A stretch of DNA of 64,000 bases from Nannocystis sp. RBIL2 (GTDB lineage: Bacteria > Myxococcota_A > Polyangia > Nannocystales > Nannocystaceae), in NCBI RefSeq assembly GCF_026626745.1, contig NZ_JAPNJW010000001.1, forward strand, positions 588,311 to 652,310, given 5' to 3'. Below the pieces are notes generated by a model that did no database searches, was not told the origin of the DNA, and worked only from the letters and a program-made list of their open reading frames with translations. Below, piece after piece: positions 49,251 through 59,271 of this stretch. The translations under genes were made by a program, and so were the position numbers. Numbering within the stretch: the stretch's first letter is position 1; every line of letters begins with the position of its first letter.

Positions 49251-49885
49251 GACCACGGCGGGTCGTCGCCGACGATCACGAGATCGGCGGGCCGGCGGGC
49301 GAACAGGCCGACGCTGACGACCCCGGCGATCTGGTTCAGCGCCGCCTCGAGCGCCTCGGGCTCGTCGATCACGAGGCCGTGGACGTCGACGATCCAGCCG
49401 CCGTTGTCGGTGACCACGCCCTCGCGCCACACGGGCGTGCCGCCGGTCATCGCGGCGATCGTGCGGGCCACCAGTTCGCGCGCCATCGGGACGACCTCGA
49501 CCGGCAGCGGGGAGCCGCCGAGCCGCGGCACCCGCTTGCCCGGGTCGATGATGCACACGAACCTCTCCGACGCCGCCGCCACGATCTTCTCGCGCGTCAG
49601 CGCCGCCCCGCCCCCCTTGACCAGGCGGCGCTGCGGGTCGCAGGCGTCGGCGCCGTCGACGTAGAGCGGCAGCGGCCCGGTGGTGTTGAGGTCGAGCACC
49701 ACGATCCCGCGGGCCCGCAGGCGCGCCGCCGTCTGCTCCGAGCTGGCGACCGCGCCGGCGATCCTGGTCGCAGGCAAGCCGTCGATGAAGTGGGCCACGG
49801 TCGAGCCGGTGCCCACGCCGATCACCGTGCCTTCGGGCACCAGCTCCAGCGCCGCGCTGGCGGCCCGCTGCTTCGCGTCGAGCAT
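49244..49885 (-). CDS. rpiA: ribose-5-phosphate isomerase A
   Basis: Motifs [20 protein letters not shown] and [11 protein letters not shown]. Confidence 0.9.
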   Translation of the reverse strand: MLDAKQRAASAALELVPEGTVIGVGTGSTVAHFIDGLPATRIAGAVASSEQTAARLRARGIVVLDLNTTGPLPLYVDGADACDPQRRLVKGGGAALTREKIVAAASERFVCIIDPGKRVPRLGGSPLPVEVVPMARELVARTIAAMTGGTPVWREGVVTDNGGWIVDVHGLVIDEPEALEAALNQIAGVVSVGLFARRPADLVIVGDDPPWSW

Positions 49886-49892
49886 CGCCTGC

Positions 49893-51077
49893 TCACATCG
49901 GCAGCACCGGCGCGCACGTCGACACCCCGGCGCCGACCACCAGCAGCGGCGCGTCCTGGGTCAGCACGGTGAGGTCCTGCACCCCGTTCATGTCGCTGTC
50001 GTCGTAGTCGAGGTGCGTGACCTCGGAGTTGAACAGGTCGTTGTCGCTGTCCGTGAAGAAGTAGAAGTCGCCGGCGAAGAAGGCGAACGCGAACGCCCCG
50101 TTGTTGATCTCGAGCCCGTTGAGCGGCAGCACGTCCAGCGCCGCGCCGGTGTTCTTGTCGGCCTCGACCAGCTTCGACGGGAACTGCCCGCCGAAGATGA
50201 ACGCCCGCCCGTCGCCGGTGCCGGTCAGCTCGGCGCCGTCGAAGTTGGTCTTGCCGAGCTTCGCCAGGCCGAGGTCGTCCGGATCGATGGTGAGGAAGTC
50301 GCCGACGTTCACGCCCTCGGAGTAGCCGCCGAAGCCGCTGTACGTGTTGCCGTAGATCCGGTCGCACTTGTCGCTGTCGCTGTTCGACACGAACGCCATG
50401 CCGAAATTCTTGACCCCGTTCTGGTTGGGCAGAAAGCCCGGGTTGCTGCAGTCGCTGACGTTGGTGACGTCGACCTTGCGCAGCTCGCCGGTTCCGTTGA
50501 ACTGGACCCACGCGTAGCCGAGGCGGTCGACCGCCATCGAGAAGGTGTTGGTCATGCCGCAGCCGATCGCGCCCAGCATCGTGAAGCTGTTGGTCTCGGG
50601 GAAGTACTTCCACAGCTCGGCGTCGTCGGACAGGACGAAGATGCCGTCGTCGAGCGGCACCTCGATGTCGTCGGGGCAGGCGCACGCCTCCGGCTCGCCG
50701 GTGGTCGTGTCGGTGGTCGTCTCGCTCGTCGTGGTCGTCGAGGTCGACGTCGTCCCGGTGGTGGTCGTGTCGATCGGGTCCGTCGTGCCCGTGCTCGTGC
50801 TCGTCGTGGTGTCGGGCTCCGTGGTGGAGCTCGTGCTCGTGCTCGTGCTCGTGCTCGTCGGCGCAGTGGTCGTCGGCGTCCCCGACTCCGACTCGCCCGC
50901 CGTCCCGGTGTCTTCCGAGGTCGCACTCGTCGGCCCGAGGGTCGTGGAGGTCGGCGTCGCGTCCGTCATGGTTGTGTCACTGGCCGACAGGGAGACCGTA
51001 TCGGTCTGGGCCGCGCCGTCGTCGCCGCAAGCGAGCAGACAGGAGAGGGCGATAGCGGGCAAGGGCGAAGTTCGCAT
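49893..51077 (-). CDS. hypothetical lipoprotein with long Thr/Ser-rich linker
   Basis: Lipobox LLACGDD and about 110 aa of T/S-rich linker. The stop lies 7 bp upstream of the rpiA start on the same strand. Confidence 0.6.
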   Translation of the reverse strand: MRTSPLPAIALSCLLACGDDGAAQTDTVSLSASDTTMTDATPTSTTLGPTSATSEDTGTAGESESGTPTTTAPTSTSTSTSTSSTTEPDTTTSTSTGTTDPIDTTTTGTTSTSTTTTSETTTDTTTGEPEACACPDDIEVPLDDGIFVLSDDAELWKYFPETNSFTMLGAIGCGMTNTFSMAVDRLGYAWVQFNGTGELRKVDVTNVSDCSNPGFLPNQNGVKNFGMAFVSNSDSDKCDRIYGNTYSGFGGYSEGVNVGDFLTIDPDDLGLAKLGKTNFDGAELTGTGDGRAFIFGGQFPSKLVEADKNTGAALDVLPLNGLEINNGAFAFAFFAGDFYFFTDSDNDLFNSEVTHLDYDDSDMNGVQDLTVLTQDAPLLVVGAGVSTCAPVLPM

Positions 51078-51256
51078 GGACGGCAGAATAACCCGCCGGC
51101 GCGGCCACCCTGGCCTGTGCGGCGGCGGGCCCGGCGGAGGTCTCTCATCACTGTCGAGCCCGGGCCTCGGCGCAGGGGCGGAGGACCCGACGTGCGTCGA
51201 CGCGCACCGTCGCTCCCGGGCCGGCCGCTGTGACCTGCGCTCGCCGCTGGTAGCCT

Positions 51257-52138
51257 TTGGAGGCCTTGTCCACGGCAGTCGAAGTCGAAGATATCGTCCC
51301 TCCGCCGGCCACCAGCTCGCCCGCAGTCGGCGGACTCATGTGGAGTCACGTGATCGGCGCCGGGCTGATGCACCTGGTCTGCATCGCGGCCCCGTTCACC
51401 TTCTCGTGGAGCGGCCTCGGCGTCGCCGCCGCGCTCTGGTGGCTCGCCGGCGGCGTCGGCATCTGCCTCGGGTATCACCGCCTGTTGTGTCACCGCAGCT
51501 TCGCGGTCCCGCGGTTCTTGACGTACGTCATCGTCCTGCTCGGCACCTTGAGCTGGCAGGGCAGCCCGGTGCTGTGGGTCGGCAAGCATCGCCTGCACCA
51601 CCGCTGGTCCGACCAGGAGCACGACCCGCACTCGCCGCGGCGCGGCCTGTTGTGGGCCCACATGTTGTGGGTCTTCATGCGCGCCGACGAGGACACCGAG
51701 CGCGCGTTCGCCCGCGACCTCCTGCGCGACCCGGTGATGCGGTGGTTCGACCGCTGGCACTACGTCCCGCAGTTCGTGCTCGCCGTCCTGCTCTACGTCG
51801 TCGGCGAGGCGTGGCTCGGCCAGGGCTGGAGCTGGGTCGTGTGGGGCATCCCCGTGCGCCTGGTTTTCACGTATCACGCGACCTGGCTCGTCAACTCCGC
51901 CGCGCACCGGTGGGGCTACCGCAACTACGAGACCCGCGACGACTCGCGCAACAATTGGTGGGTGGCCCTTTTGACCTTCGGCGAGGGCTGGCACAACAAC
52001 CACCACGCCCACCAGCGCGCCGCGGCCCACGGCCGGCGGTGGTTCGAGCTCGATGTCACCTACCTCATGATCCGCGGCCTCGCGCTCGTCGGCCTCGCGC
52101 GCGACATCGTCGCCCCGCGCGAGCCGCTGAAGTCCTGA
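51257..52138 (+). CDS. acyl-CoA/acyl-lipid delta-9 fatty acid desaturase
   Basis: Three His boxes (HRLLCH, HRLHHRWSD, HNNHHAH) and TM helices. Confidence 0.85.
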   Translation: MEALSTAVEVEDIVPPPATSSPAVGGLMWSHVIGAGLMHLVCIAAPFTFSWSGLGVAAALWWLAGGVGICLGYHRLLCHRSFAVPRFLTYVIVLLGTLSWQGSPVLWVGKHRLHHRWSDQEHDPHSPRRGLLWAHMLWVFMRADEDTERAFARDLLRDPVMRWFDRWHYVPQFVLAVLLYVVGEAWLGQGWSWVVWGIPVRLVFTYHATWLVNSAAHRWGYRNYETRDDSRNNWWVALLTFGEGWHNNHHAHQRAAAHGRRWFELDVTYLMIRGLALVGLARDIVAPREPLKS

Positions 52139-52250
52139 GCAGCCGTCTGCGCGCCTGCAGACGGCGCCGGCCCCGGGGCCTTGCGTGGGCTCGCATCGCA
52201 CCGGGGATCTCCGTGTAGCCGCGGCCGGCGATCTTCGCTGTAATCGCCGC

Positions 52251-54350
52251 ATGCGTTGGAACTTTGTGGCGCTCCTCTCGGCCGCCGGCCTGCTCGCCTG
52301 CGGCAACCCCGATCGTCCGGCCGAAAGCGACAGCTCCGTCATCTCCGCCTCCACCTCGCTGAGCACCGGAAACACCGGCAACGGCAGCGACACCACCGAC
52401 ACCGCGACGCCGACGAGCACCGATCCGAGCGGCAGCGGCACGATGGGCGACCCGACCGACGGACCGGTCACGGGCACCACCAACGGCACCACGGTCGATC
52501 CGGCGACCACTGCGACCACGGGCGACGACCCGGGCATGGTCGTCTCGATCGAGATCGATCCGCTCGACGCGATCATCACCGTCGTCGACGGCGTGATCCC
52601 GCCGAGCACCCAGTACAGCGCCGTCGGCGTCACCGACAAGGGCATCAAGATCCCCGTCACCGGCACCTGGTCGTACGACAAGCTCGACCTCGCCGGCATC
52701 GGCGATCTCTCGGGCACGTTCACCGCGACTGGTTTCGCCGGCGGCGTCGGCACCGTCACCTTCGAGGGCGCCGGCGAGCTGCCCGCGGCCACCACCACCG
52801 CCACCGTCAAGCTGCTGTTCAACGCCGAGCCGAACCCGGTCCCGCCGGAGACCAAGGACCTGTTCCCGATGGCGGTCGACCCCGACCCGTCGATGGTCCT
52901 GCTCTACCCGTACGACAAGACCGTGTTCCCGCGCGGCCTCATCGGTCCCACCATTCAGTGGGACGGCGGCGGCGCCAACGACCTCTATTACATCCACGCC
53001 TACAGCGAGTTCTTCGAGTACAAGGGCTGGCACAACGTGCCGCCGCCGTCGCGCTTCGACTTCCCGAAGCTGCCGACCGACATCTGGCTCAAGCTGACCG
53101 CCTCGACCGAGGGCGACGTCAAGGTCGACATCGCCCGCTTCGACGGTCAGAAGGCCTACCTCGCCAAGACCCAGACCTGGACGATCGCCCCGGCCAACCT
53201 GACCGGCACCGTCTATTACTGGGAGGTCAACAACGGCAACGTCGTGCGCCTCAACATCGGCGCCACCGCGCCCGAGCAGTTCATCCAGAAGCCGCCGGGC
53301 GTCACGTGCGTCGCCTGTCACAGCGTGTCGAAGGACGGCTCGCGGATCGCCGCCAGCTTCCACGGCGGCTACAGCCCGTGGAGCACCATCGACGCCGCCT
53401 CCGGCAACGTCCTGTACTTCCCCGACATCGCCTCCGGCTTCCAGGCGATCGCGCCCAACGGCTCGCACGTGGTGTGGGGCCAGTCCGACGAGAGCGGCGC
53501 GCTCAAGCTGACCAACTTCGACAGCTCCACCGTGCTCGCGCAGCTCACGGTGCCCGGCGGCAAGCCGCAGCACCCGGTGTGGTCGAGCGACGGGACCAAG
53601 GTGGCCTTCGCGCGCAAGACCGACGGCAACTGGCTCGACTTCAACAACAGCGAGCTGTGGCTGGTCGACATCGACCTGATGACCAACTCGTTCGCCAACG
53701 CCCACCAGATCGTCGACAAGATCCCCGGGCTCACGACCACGACGTTCCCGACCTTCTCGCCCGACTCGCAGTGGATCGCGTTCAACCGCCTCAACCAGGC
53801 CCGCACCCGCGCCGCGGTCACCGAGGTATGGCTGACCAACCTCGACGGCTCCGCGGTGGTGCGCCTCGACAAGGCCAACGGCTTCGGCATCGTCGAGCCC
53901 GGCCAGGACCAGACCACCTACGAGCCGACCTTCCTGCCCGTGTCGGTCGGCGGCTACTCGTGGCTCATCATCGGCTCCGAGCGCAAGTACGGCAACACGC
54001 TCACCGACATGAACCCCAACACCCGGCGCAAGCAGCTGTGGGTGACCGCCATCGACGGCAACATCACCCCCGGCACCGACCCGAGCCACCCGGCCTTCTG
54101 GCTGCCCGGCCAGGAGCTGAACAACTCGAACATGCGCGGCGAGTGGGCGCTGTCGCCGTGCAAGCAGCTCGGCGAGGGCTGTAACGCCGGCTTCGACTGC
54201 TGCGACGGCTTCTGCTACGGCGACCCGGCCGTGTGCTCCGACAAGCCCGACACCTGCTCGCACATCGGCGACTCGTGCGAGGTCGACGCGGCCTGCTGCG
54301 AGGGCGAAGGCACCTGCATCGCCGGCTACTGCTCGATCCAGCCGGGCTGA
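52251..54350 (+). CDS. TolB-like beta-propeller lipoprotein with Cys-rich C-terminal tail
   Basis: Lipobox LLACGNPD and a T-rich linker. WD40-like/TolB blades (PVWSSDGTKVAFAR, PTFSPDSQWIAFNR). A single CVACH motif. The C-terminal ~60 aa carry 14 Cys. Confidence 0.65.
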   Translation: MRWNFVALLSAAGLLACGNPDRPAESDSSVISASTSLSTGNTGNGSDTTDTATPTSTDPSGSGTMGDPTDGPVTGTTNGTTVDPATTATTGDDPGMVVSIEIDPLDAIITVVDGVIPPSTQYSAVGVTDKGIKIPVTGTWSYDKLDLAGIGDLSGTFTATGFAGGVGTVTFEGAGELPAATTTATVKLLFNAEPNPVPPETKDLFPMAVDPDPSMVLLYPYDKTVFPRGLIGPTIQWDGGGANDLYYIHAYSEFFEYKGWHNVPPPSRFDFPKLPTDIWLKLTASTEGDVKVDIARFDGQKAYLAKTQTWTIAPANLTGTVYYWEVNNGNVVRLNIGATAPEQFIQKPPGVTCVACHSVSKDGSRIAASFHGGYSPWSTIDAASGNVLYFPDIASGFQAIAPNGSHVVWGQSDESGALKLTNFDSSTVLAQLTVPGGKPQHPVWSSDGTKVAFARKTDGNWLDFNNSELWLVDIDLMTNSFANAHQIVDKIPGLTTTTFPTFSPDSQWIAFNRLNQARTRAAVTEVWLTNLDGSAVVRLDKANGFGIVEPGQDQTTYEPTFLPVSVGGYSWLIIGSERKYGNTLTDMNPNTRRKQLWVTAIDGNITPGTDPSHPAFWLPGQELNNSNMRGEWALSPCKQLGEGCNAGFDCCDGFCYGDPAVCSDKPDTCSHIGDSCEVDAACCEGEGTCIAGYCSIQPG

Positions 54351-54364
54351 GCGACCGATCTGTC

Positions 54365-54520
54365 CCTCGGGACAGCCATCATGCGACCGTCCCCGCGGCG
54401 CCTCGACGAGGCTCGCCGGGGACGCGGCGTTTCAGGCTCCGCCAGCGCCTCGGGACATGCTCTCGGAGGCATGTCCCTTCAAACATGCGCTGAAGGGCAT
54501 GTCCGAAGCGCCATGCCCCG
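54365..54520. repeat. composite palindromic repeat cluster
   Basis: ATCTGTCCCTCGGGACAGCC at 54371-54390. Then GGGACATGCtctcggagGCATGTCCCTTCAaacatgcgcTGAAGGGCATGTCC at 54457-54510. Confidence 0.65.
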
Positions 54521-54526
54521 GGCTTC

Positions 54527-57500
54527 TTACTTCGGGTACCCGGCCAGCCAGACCCGCATCGTGGCCTGCTCGGGCAGATACGCGGGGCCGAGGCTCTGCA
54601 GGGTGAGCAGGGCCTGGTCGACCAGGCCGCGGCCTTCCGGGGCGAGCACGCCGGACACGGCGGCGCGGGCGCGGGCGAGGCCGAAGCGGGCCAGCGCGAG
54701 CTCGAGGATGTCGCTGTCGCTCACCGCCGAGTAGATGGCGATGGCGCGCTCGTAGTGGCCGATGGCCGTCCTGGGGTCGTTGCGCGCGAGAGCGAGGTCG
54801 CCGAGGCGGAGGCGGATCAGCGCGGCCTCGCTGCTCTCGACCTTCGGATCGCGCTCGCGCAGGCTCTGGGCCTGTTGCAGCCAGCTCGCCGCCTCGTCGA
54901 GGCGCCCGGCGAGGCGGTGGGCCTCGGCGATCCGGCGCATCGAGTCGGCCAGCAGCGGGATGTCGGAACGCATGCGGGCCTTGCGGATCTCCAGGGCGCG
55001 CTGGAACTGCGCCAGCGCGCCCTCGGGGTCGCCGGCGCGCAGCAGCATGTCCCCGTGCTGGTCGTCGACGTCGGCGCTGCGCAGCGCGTCGGCGCCGAAG
55101 CTCTGCTCGGCGAGCACGTGCGCCTGGCGGAAGTGGCGCTCGGCGGCGGCGAGGTCGCCCCGGCAGGTAGCCGCCTTCCCGAGGCCGAGCACGGGCATGA
55201 AGGCCGCCGAGTCGAGCGAGGTCTCGCTCGCGCCCAGCACCTGCAACGCGCGGCGGTAGCTGGCGTCCGCGTCGTCGCAGCGGCGCTGGTCCACCGCCAG
55301 ATCGCCGATGCCCGACAGCACCCAGTGCAGGTCGGGGGCGTTCGGCCCGAGCAGCTCGCTCTGCAGGGCCAGGGCCCGCTGGAAGTAGCCGGCGGCCTCG
55401 CGGAAGCGGTGCAGCCCGGTGAAGCCGATGCCGAGGTTGATCGCCAGCAGGGCGACGTGCGGGTGCTTGGGCCCGAGGCTCGACTCGGCGGCGGTGAAGG
55501 CCGCGCGCAGCTGGCGGACGCCCTCGAGGGCGTTGTCGCTGCCGACCAGGGCCAGGCCGAGGTTGCCGAGCGCGTAGACGACCTGGGGGTGGTCCTCGCC
55601 GAGGACGGCCCGACGCGCGTCGATCGAGGCGACGAAGTACTCGCTCGCCCGCTGGATCTGGCCGAGCACCGCGTAGGCGATGCCGATGTTGTTGAGGTGG
55701 TCGCCGCGCAGCTCGCGGCCCTCGCGGGTGGTCTCGACGCGGGCGACGAGGCCGTCGATCAGCGGGGCGTCGCTCAGGACCTCGCGGCTCTGCTGCAGGC
55801 GGGCGGCGCGGACGAAGTCGCGGCGGGTGGCGAGCGCGGCGGCGACGACGTCGTGGCCGCTGGCGAGCGCGGTCTGCAGGGCCCCGGTGAGCAGGTCGAG
55901 GGCCTCGGTGTGGCGACCGGCCTCGCTGAGCAGGCTGCCGCGGCGCAGGCCGATCTCGGCGACCAGCGGCGGATAAGCGAGGTCGCCGAGCTCGATGCCG
56001 TCGACCAGCGCGAGGCCCTGGTTGAACTGGCCCGCGAGCTCGTGCGCCTGGGCCTCGGCCAGCACGCCGCGCAAGCCGGCGACGCGCGCGGCGCTGGCGG
56101 GATCGTCGGGCGGCGGGACGGCCTCGGTGAGGGCGCGAGTGTCGTCGCAGCCGACCAGCGCCGGCAGGTTGGCCGCCGCGGCGCCGGCGTTGCCGACGAC
56201 CTCGGCGTCGGCGCGCTGCAAGATCGCCACGAACGCCGCGAGGCTCTTGTGCCGCTGGTCGAGGCACGCGGTCCGCAAGTCGAACAGGTGCATCGAGGCC
56301 CGGCCCTGCTGATGGGCCCGACAGGCGTCGACGCGCATGCCGACGAGCTCGCCGGCGTAGGCGTCGAGGCGGGCCTTCACGCGCGTCCAGGTGTCCTCGG
56401 CGTACGGCACGCCGGTGTTCAGCAAGCCCGCGCGCGCGGCCGCGGCCGCGGGCCCGTCCCACAGCCCGGCGAGCTCGTCGTCGGCGCCCTCGCAGGCGTC
56501 GCCGGCCGGGTAGTACGCGGCCGCGGTGACGCCGGCGGCGGTGAGCAGGCCGGCAAGGCCGAAGGTCGCGATCCACGGGACGCTCCGGCGCTCGAGCGTG
56601 CGCTCGATCGCCGCCAGCAGGGCGGGCATCGACGGGAACCGGCGCTTCGGATCGACCGCGAGGCCGCGGGTGACGATCTGAAGCAGGGCGGCCGGGACGT
56701 GGCTGCCCGACGGCGGCTGGCGGATGGCCCCGCGCGTCACGGCGTCGGTCAGCGCCAGGAGGCTGCTGGTGTCGAACGGCGAGACGTCGTAGAGCGCCTC
56801 GTAGAGGCTGACGCAGAAGCTGAACTGGTCGCTCTTCTCGGTGGCCGGCTGGCCGAGGAGCTGCTCCGGGGCCATGTACGCGGGGGTTCCGACGACCGCG
56901 CCGGTGTGCGTGAGGTGGTTGTCGAGCGAGCTCGTCAGGGTGCTGTGCAGCGCCGGCGGCGGCTCCTCCTCGACCTCGCGGTCGACCGCGCGGGCGAGGC
57001 CGAAGTCGAGGACTTTGACCACGCCGTCGCTGCCGACGATCACGTTGGCCGGCTTGAAGTCGCGGTGGACCAGGCCGGCGGCGTGGGCCACCGCGAGGCC
57101 GCGGCCGGCCTGCAGCAGCGTCTCGGCGCGCGCGCGCCAGGGCCGGGCCGCCTTCAACCAGTTGGCGAGGTTCTGCCCGCGCACGAACTCCATGGCGATG
57201 AACACCTCGCCGTCGTGGTAGCCGACCTCGTGGACCGCGACGATGTTGGGATGCGAGACGCGGGCCATCGCCTGGGCCTCGCGCAGCAGGCGTTCACGCG
57301 CCTGCGGCTCGCGCTGGTTCGAGTCGTTGCGCAGGATCTTGACGGCGACCTTGCGATCGAGCCGGTCGTCGTAGGCGGCATAGACGATGCCCATCGCGCC
57401 CTCGCCGAGCCGCTCGAGGATGGTGAAGCGACCGATGTGGGCCAGCAGCGAGGGGATCGGGCTGGTGATGGGACGCGCGGGCGGTTCGTGGACCGGCGGT

Positions 57501-57619
57501 TCGGCGCGCTGCGTGACGACGAGGTCGGCGAGGTCGGAAGACCCGGGCGGCTGAGGTGGCGCGACCTGGGTGACCGGAGCGATGACGGTTCGATCGAGTG
57601 CGGTCTTCGACAACGCCAT
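54527..57619 (-). CDS. Ser/Thr protein kinase with C-terminal TPR repeats
   Basis: Kinase subdomains (GEGAMGIVY, VAVKIL, HRDFKPANV, DFGLA, GTPAYMAPE) are followed by about 600 aa of TPR-like repeats. Confidence 0.85.
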   Translation of the reverse strand: MALSKTALDRTVIAPVTQVAPPQPPGSSDLADLVVTQRAEPPVHEPPARPITSPIPSLLAHIGRFTILERLGEGAMGIVYAAYDDRLDRKVAVKILRNDSNQREPQARERLLREAQAMARVSHPNIVAVHEVGYHDGEVFIAMEFVRGQNLANWLKAARPWRARAETLLQAGRGLAVAHAAGLVHRDFKPANVIVGSDGVVKVLDFGLARAVDREVEEEPPPALHSTLTSSLDNHLTHTGAVVGTPAYMAPEQLLGQPATEKSDQFSFCVSLYEALYDVSPFDTSSLLALTDAVTRGAIRQPPSGSHVPAALLQIVTRGLAVDPKRRFPSMPALLAAIERTLERRSVPWIATFGLAGLLTAAGVTAAAYYPAGDACEGADDELAGLWDGPAAAAARAGLLNTGVPYAEDTWTRVKARLDAYAGELVGMRVDACRAHQQGRASMHLFDLRTACLDQRHKSLAAFVAILQRADAEVVGNAGAAAANLPALVGCDDTRALTEAVPPPDDPASAARVAGLRGVLAEAQAHELAGQFNQGLALVDGIELGDLAYPPLVAEIGLRRGSLLSEAGRHTEALDLLTGALQTALASGHDVVAAALATRRDFVRAARLQQSREVLSDAPLIDGLVARVETTREGRELRGDHLNNIGIAYAVLGQIQRASEYFVASIDARRAVLGEDHPQVVYALGNLGLALVGSDNALEGVRQLRAAFTAAESSLGPKHPHVALLAINLGIGFTGLHRFREAAGYFQRALALQSELLGPNAPDLHWVLSGIGDLAVDQRRCDDADASYRRALQVLGASETSLDSAAFMPVLGLGKAATCRGDLAAAERHFRQAHVLAEQSFGADALRSADVDDQHGDMLLRAGDPEGALAQFQRALEIRKARMRSDIPLLADSMRRIAEAHRLAGRLDEAASWLQQAQSLRERDPKVESSEAALIRLRLGDLALARNDPRTAIGHYERAIAIYSAVSDSDILELALARFGLARARAAVSGVLAPEGRGLVDQALLTLQSLGPAYLPEQATMRVWLAGYPK

Positions 57620-57729
57620 GGAGGGCAGGCGCCGGGGGGCGCGTCCCGAGGATAAAGGACGTGGGAAGGTTCGCCAGGAACGTCTTGTCGTTCGCCCCCA
57701 CGATTGGTCGGCGGGCAATGCGGTAAATT

Positions 57730-57900
57730 TTCAGCGCGTTCTCGCGCTAGCTAAAAACTTTTATAGTTAACGTAATTTTTAGCAGCTAAACCGAAAATAG
57801 TCTTGAAAATAAAGTGTCATTTCATATTAATCAGACTAAAAAATGTTGTTTTCAGAAGTTTAAAAAAAAGAGTCTTCGGACCACCGATTTTCGCTGGCCG
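57730..57900 (+). promoter_or_regulatory. AT-rich island with sigma70-like promoter (TTGAAA-N16-TATTAA) and two hairpins
   Basis: About 170 bp at roughly 30% GC sits in a 70% GC background. TTGAAA at 57803-57808 and TATTAA at 57825-57830. Hairpins are AGCGCGttctCGCGCT and GCTAAAAA..TTTTTAGC. Confidence 0.5.
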
Positions 57901-57951
57901 AGCTCCGGGGACGCCACATGCACAGGCCACGAGCCGGAGCCGAGAGCCGCC

Positions 57952-58959
57952 ATGAACATCCGCAACCTTGTTCCCTTCGTGATCCTGAGCGTCGCCTGTG
58001 TCACTGCCTGTGACGATATGGACCAGTACGACGCCGCCGATGAGGACCTCGGCGAGGTTGCGCTGCGCCCGGGCAGCGGGCCCGCGGGCGGCGTGTGGCT
58101 GAACACCAGCTCGATCGGCTCGACCCCCTTCTCCGAGCTCGACCTCTCGGGCCTGGTCCACAAGGGGGCGCAATTCACGGGCGCCAAGCTGCTGCGCCCC
58201 GGCAACGTGTGGGTGAACGTCACTAACGGCGCGGTCAAGGACGGGATGCTCGAGGCGAAGGTCGGCACCGTGATCTACAGGGGCGCCGACCTGGTCGGTT
58301 CGCGCTGGGAGCTGACGCTCTTCAACGCCGACACCGACGGCGACGGCGACCACGACGCGGACGACGAGCCCGAGGTGGACGTCGAGCTCCGGATCGCCTC
58401 GTTCCAGCAGATCTCGCCGAAGGAGGCCCACTACACCTTCGAGACCGTCGACGACGAGGGCAACGTCGTCCCGGTGTGCGACGCCGACACCGACGGCGTT
58501 CACACGATGGTGCCGATCAAGGACCTCACCGTGAACGAGGTCACCGGGCGGATGGGCAAGCGCAGCAACACGCTCTACCTCGCGTGTACCTCGGGCGCGG
58601 TCGGCAAGGCGGTGCAGTGGGGCTACAAGCCGTGGGAGCGGCCGATCGACGAGTTCGAGGTGGCCACCCGCATGGTCCGCGCCGACTACTGCTTCGACGG
58701 CACCTCGTACACGCAGACCGGCACGCACCTGCAGGTCCAGGACAAGTACAAGATCAACACCTTCCTGCGCTCGGACGACCCGACCGAGGCGGTGTGGTCC
58801 AAGTCCGGGGTCCGCTGCATCAACACGCCCCGCAACGCCACGTACTCGGCGCCGCAGGTGGTGTGCGGCGGCCAGACCCTGCCGCTCTGCTCGAGCTCCA
58901 CGAGCATGACGACCTACTCGGACGCGCTGTTCTGGACCAAGATCGACGCGTCGATCTGA
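57952..58959 (+). CDS. hypothetical lipoprotein
   Basis: Lipobox ILSVACVTAC. The 335-aa product has an acidic linker and a conserved ADYCFDGTSYTQTG segment. Confidence 0.6.
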   Translation: MNIRNLVPFVILSVACVTACDDMDQYDAADEDLGEVALRPGSGPAGGVWLNTSSIGSTPFSELDLSGLVHKGAQFTGAKLLRPGNVWVNVTNGAVKDGMLEAKVGTVIYRGADLVGSRWELTLFNADTDGDGDHDADDEPEVDVELRIASFQQISPKEAHYTFETVDDEGNVVPVCDADTDGVHTMVPIKDLTVNEVTGRMGKRSNTLYLACTSGAVGKAVQWGYKPWERPIDEFEVATRMVRADYCFDGTSYTQTGTHLQVQDKYKINTFLRSDDPTEAVWSKSGVRCINTPRNATYSAPQVVCGGQTLPLCSSSTSMTTYSDALFWTKIDASI

Positions 58960-59271
58960 GGTCGGTCGCAGCGGCGCGGGCCGCCCACCGGGTGCGTCGC
59001 CTCGACGTGCCGCGCACCCGGTGACGAGCGGCCGGCCTTGCGTGCGGACGCGAGTGCGCGCGGCGGACAGCCTTCGCAAGCCGCGAGCCCGCCCCGGTGC
59101 GCGACGCGGCGGCCCGACGCGACGGGGGCGACGACTCGCTCGCTTGCCTCGGTCGAGCTCGCCGGCCGCGGCGCTGCCGGCGACGTGCATTGTGACGTGA
59201 CCCGTCTATGGTTCGCGCGCCCGTCGTCTGTGGCACCCTGAGCGGCCGCAGCGTCGCGCGCCCCGAGCACC

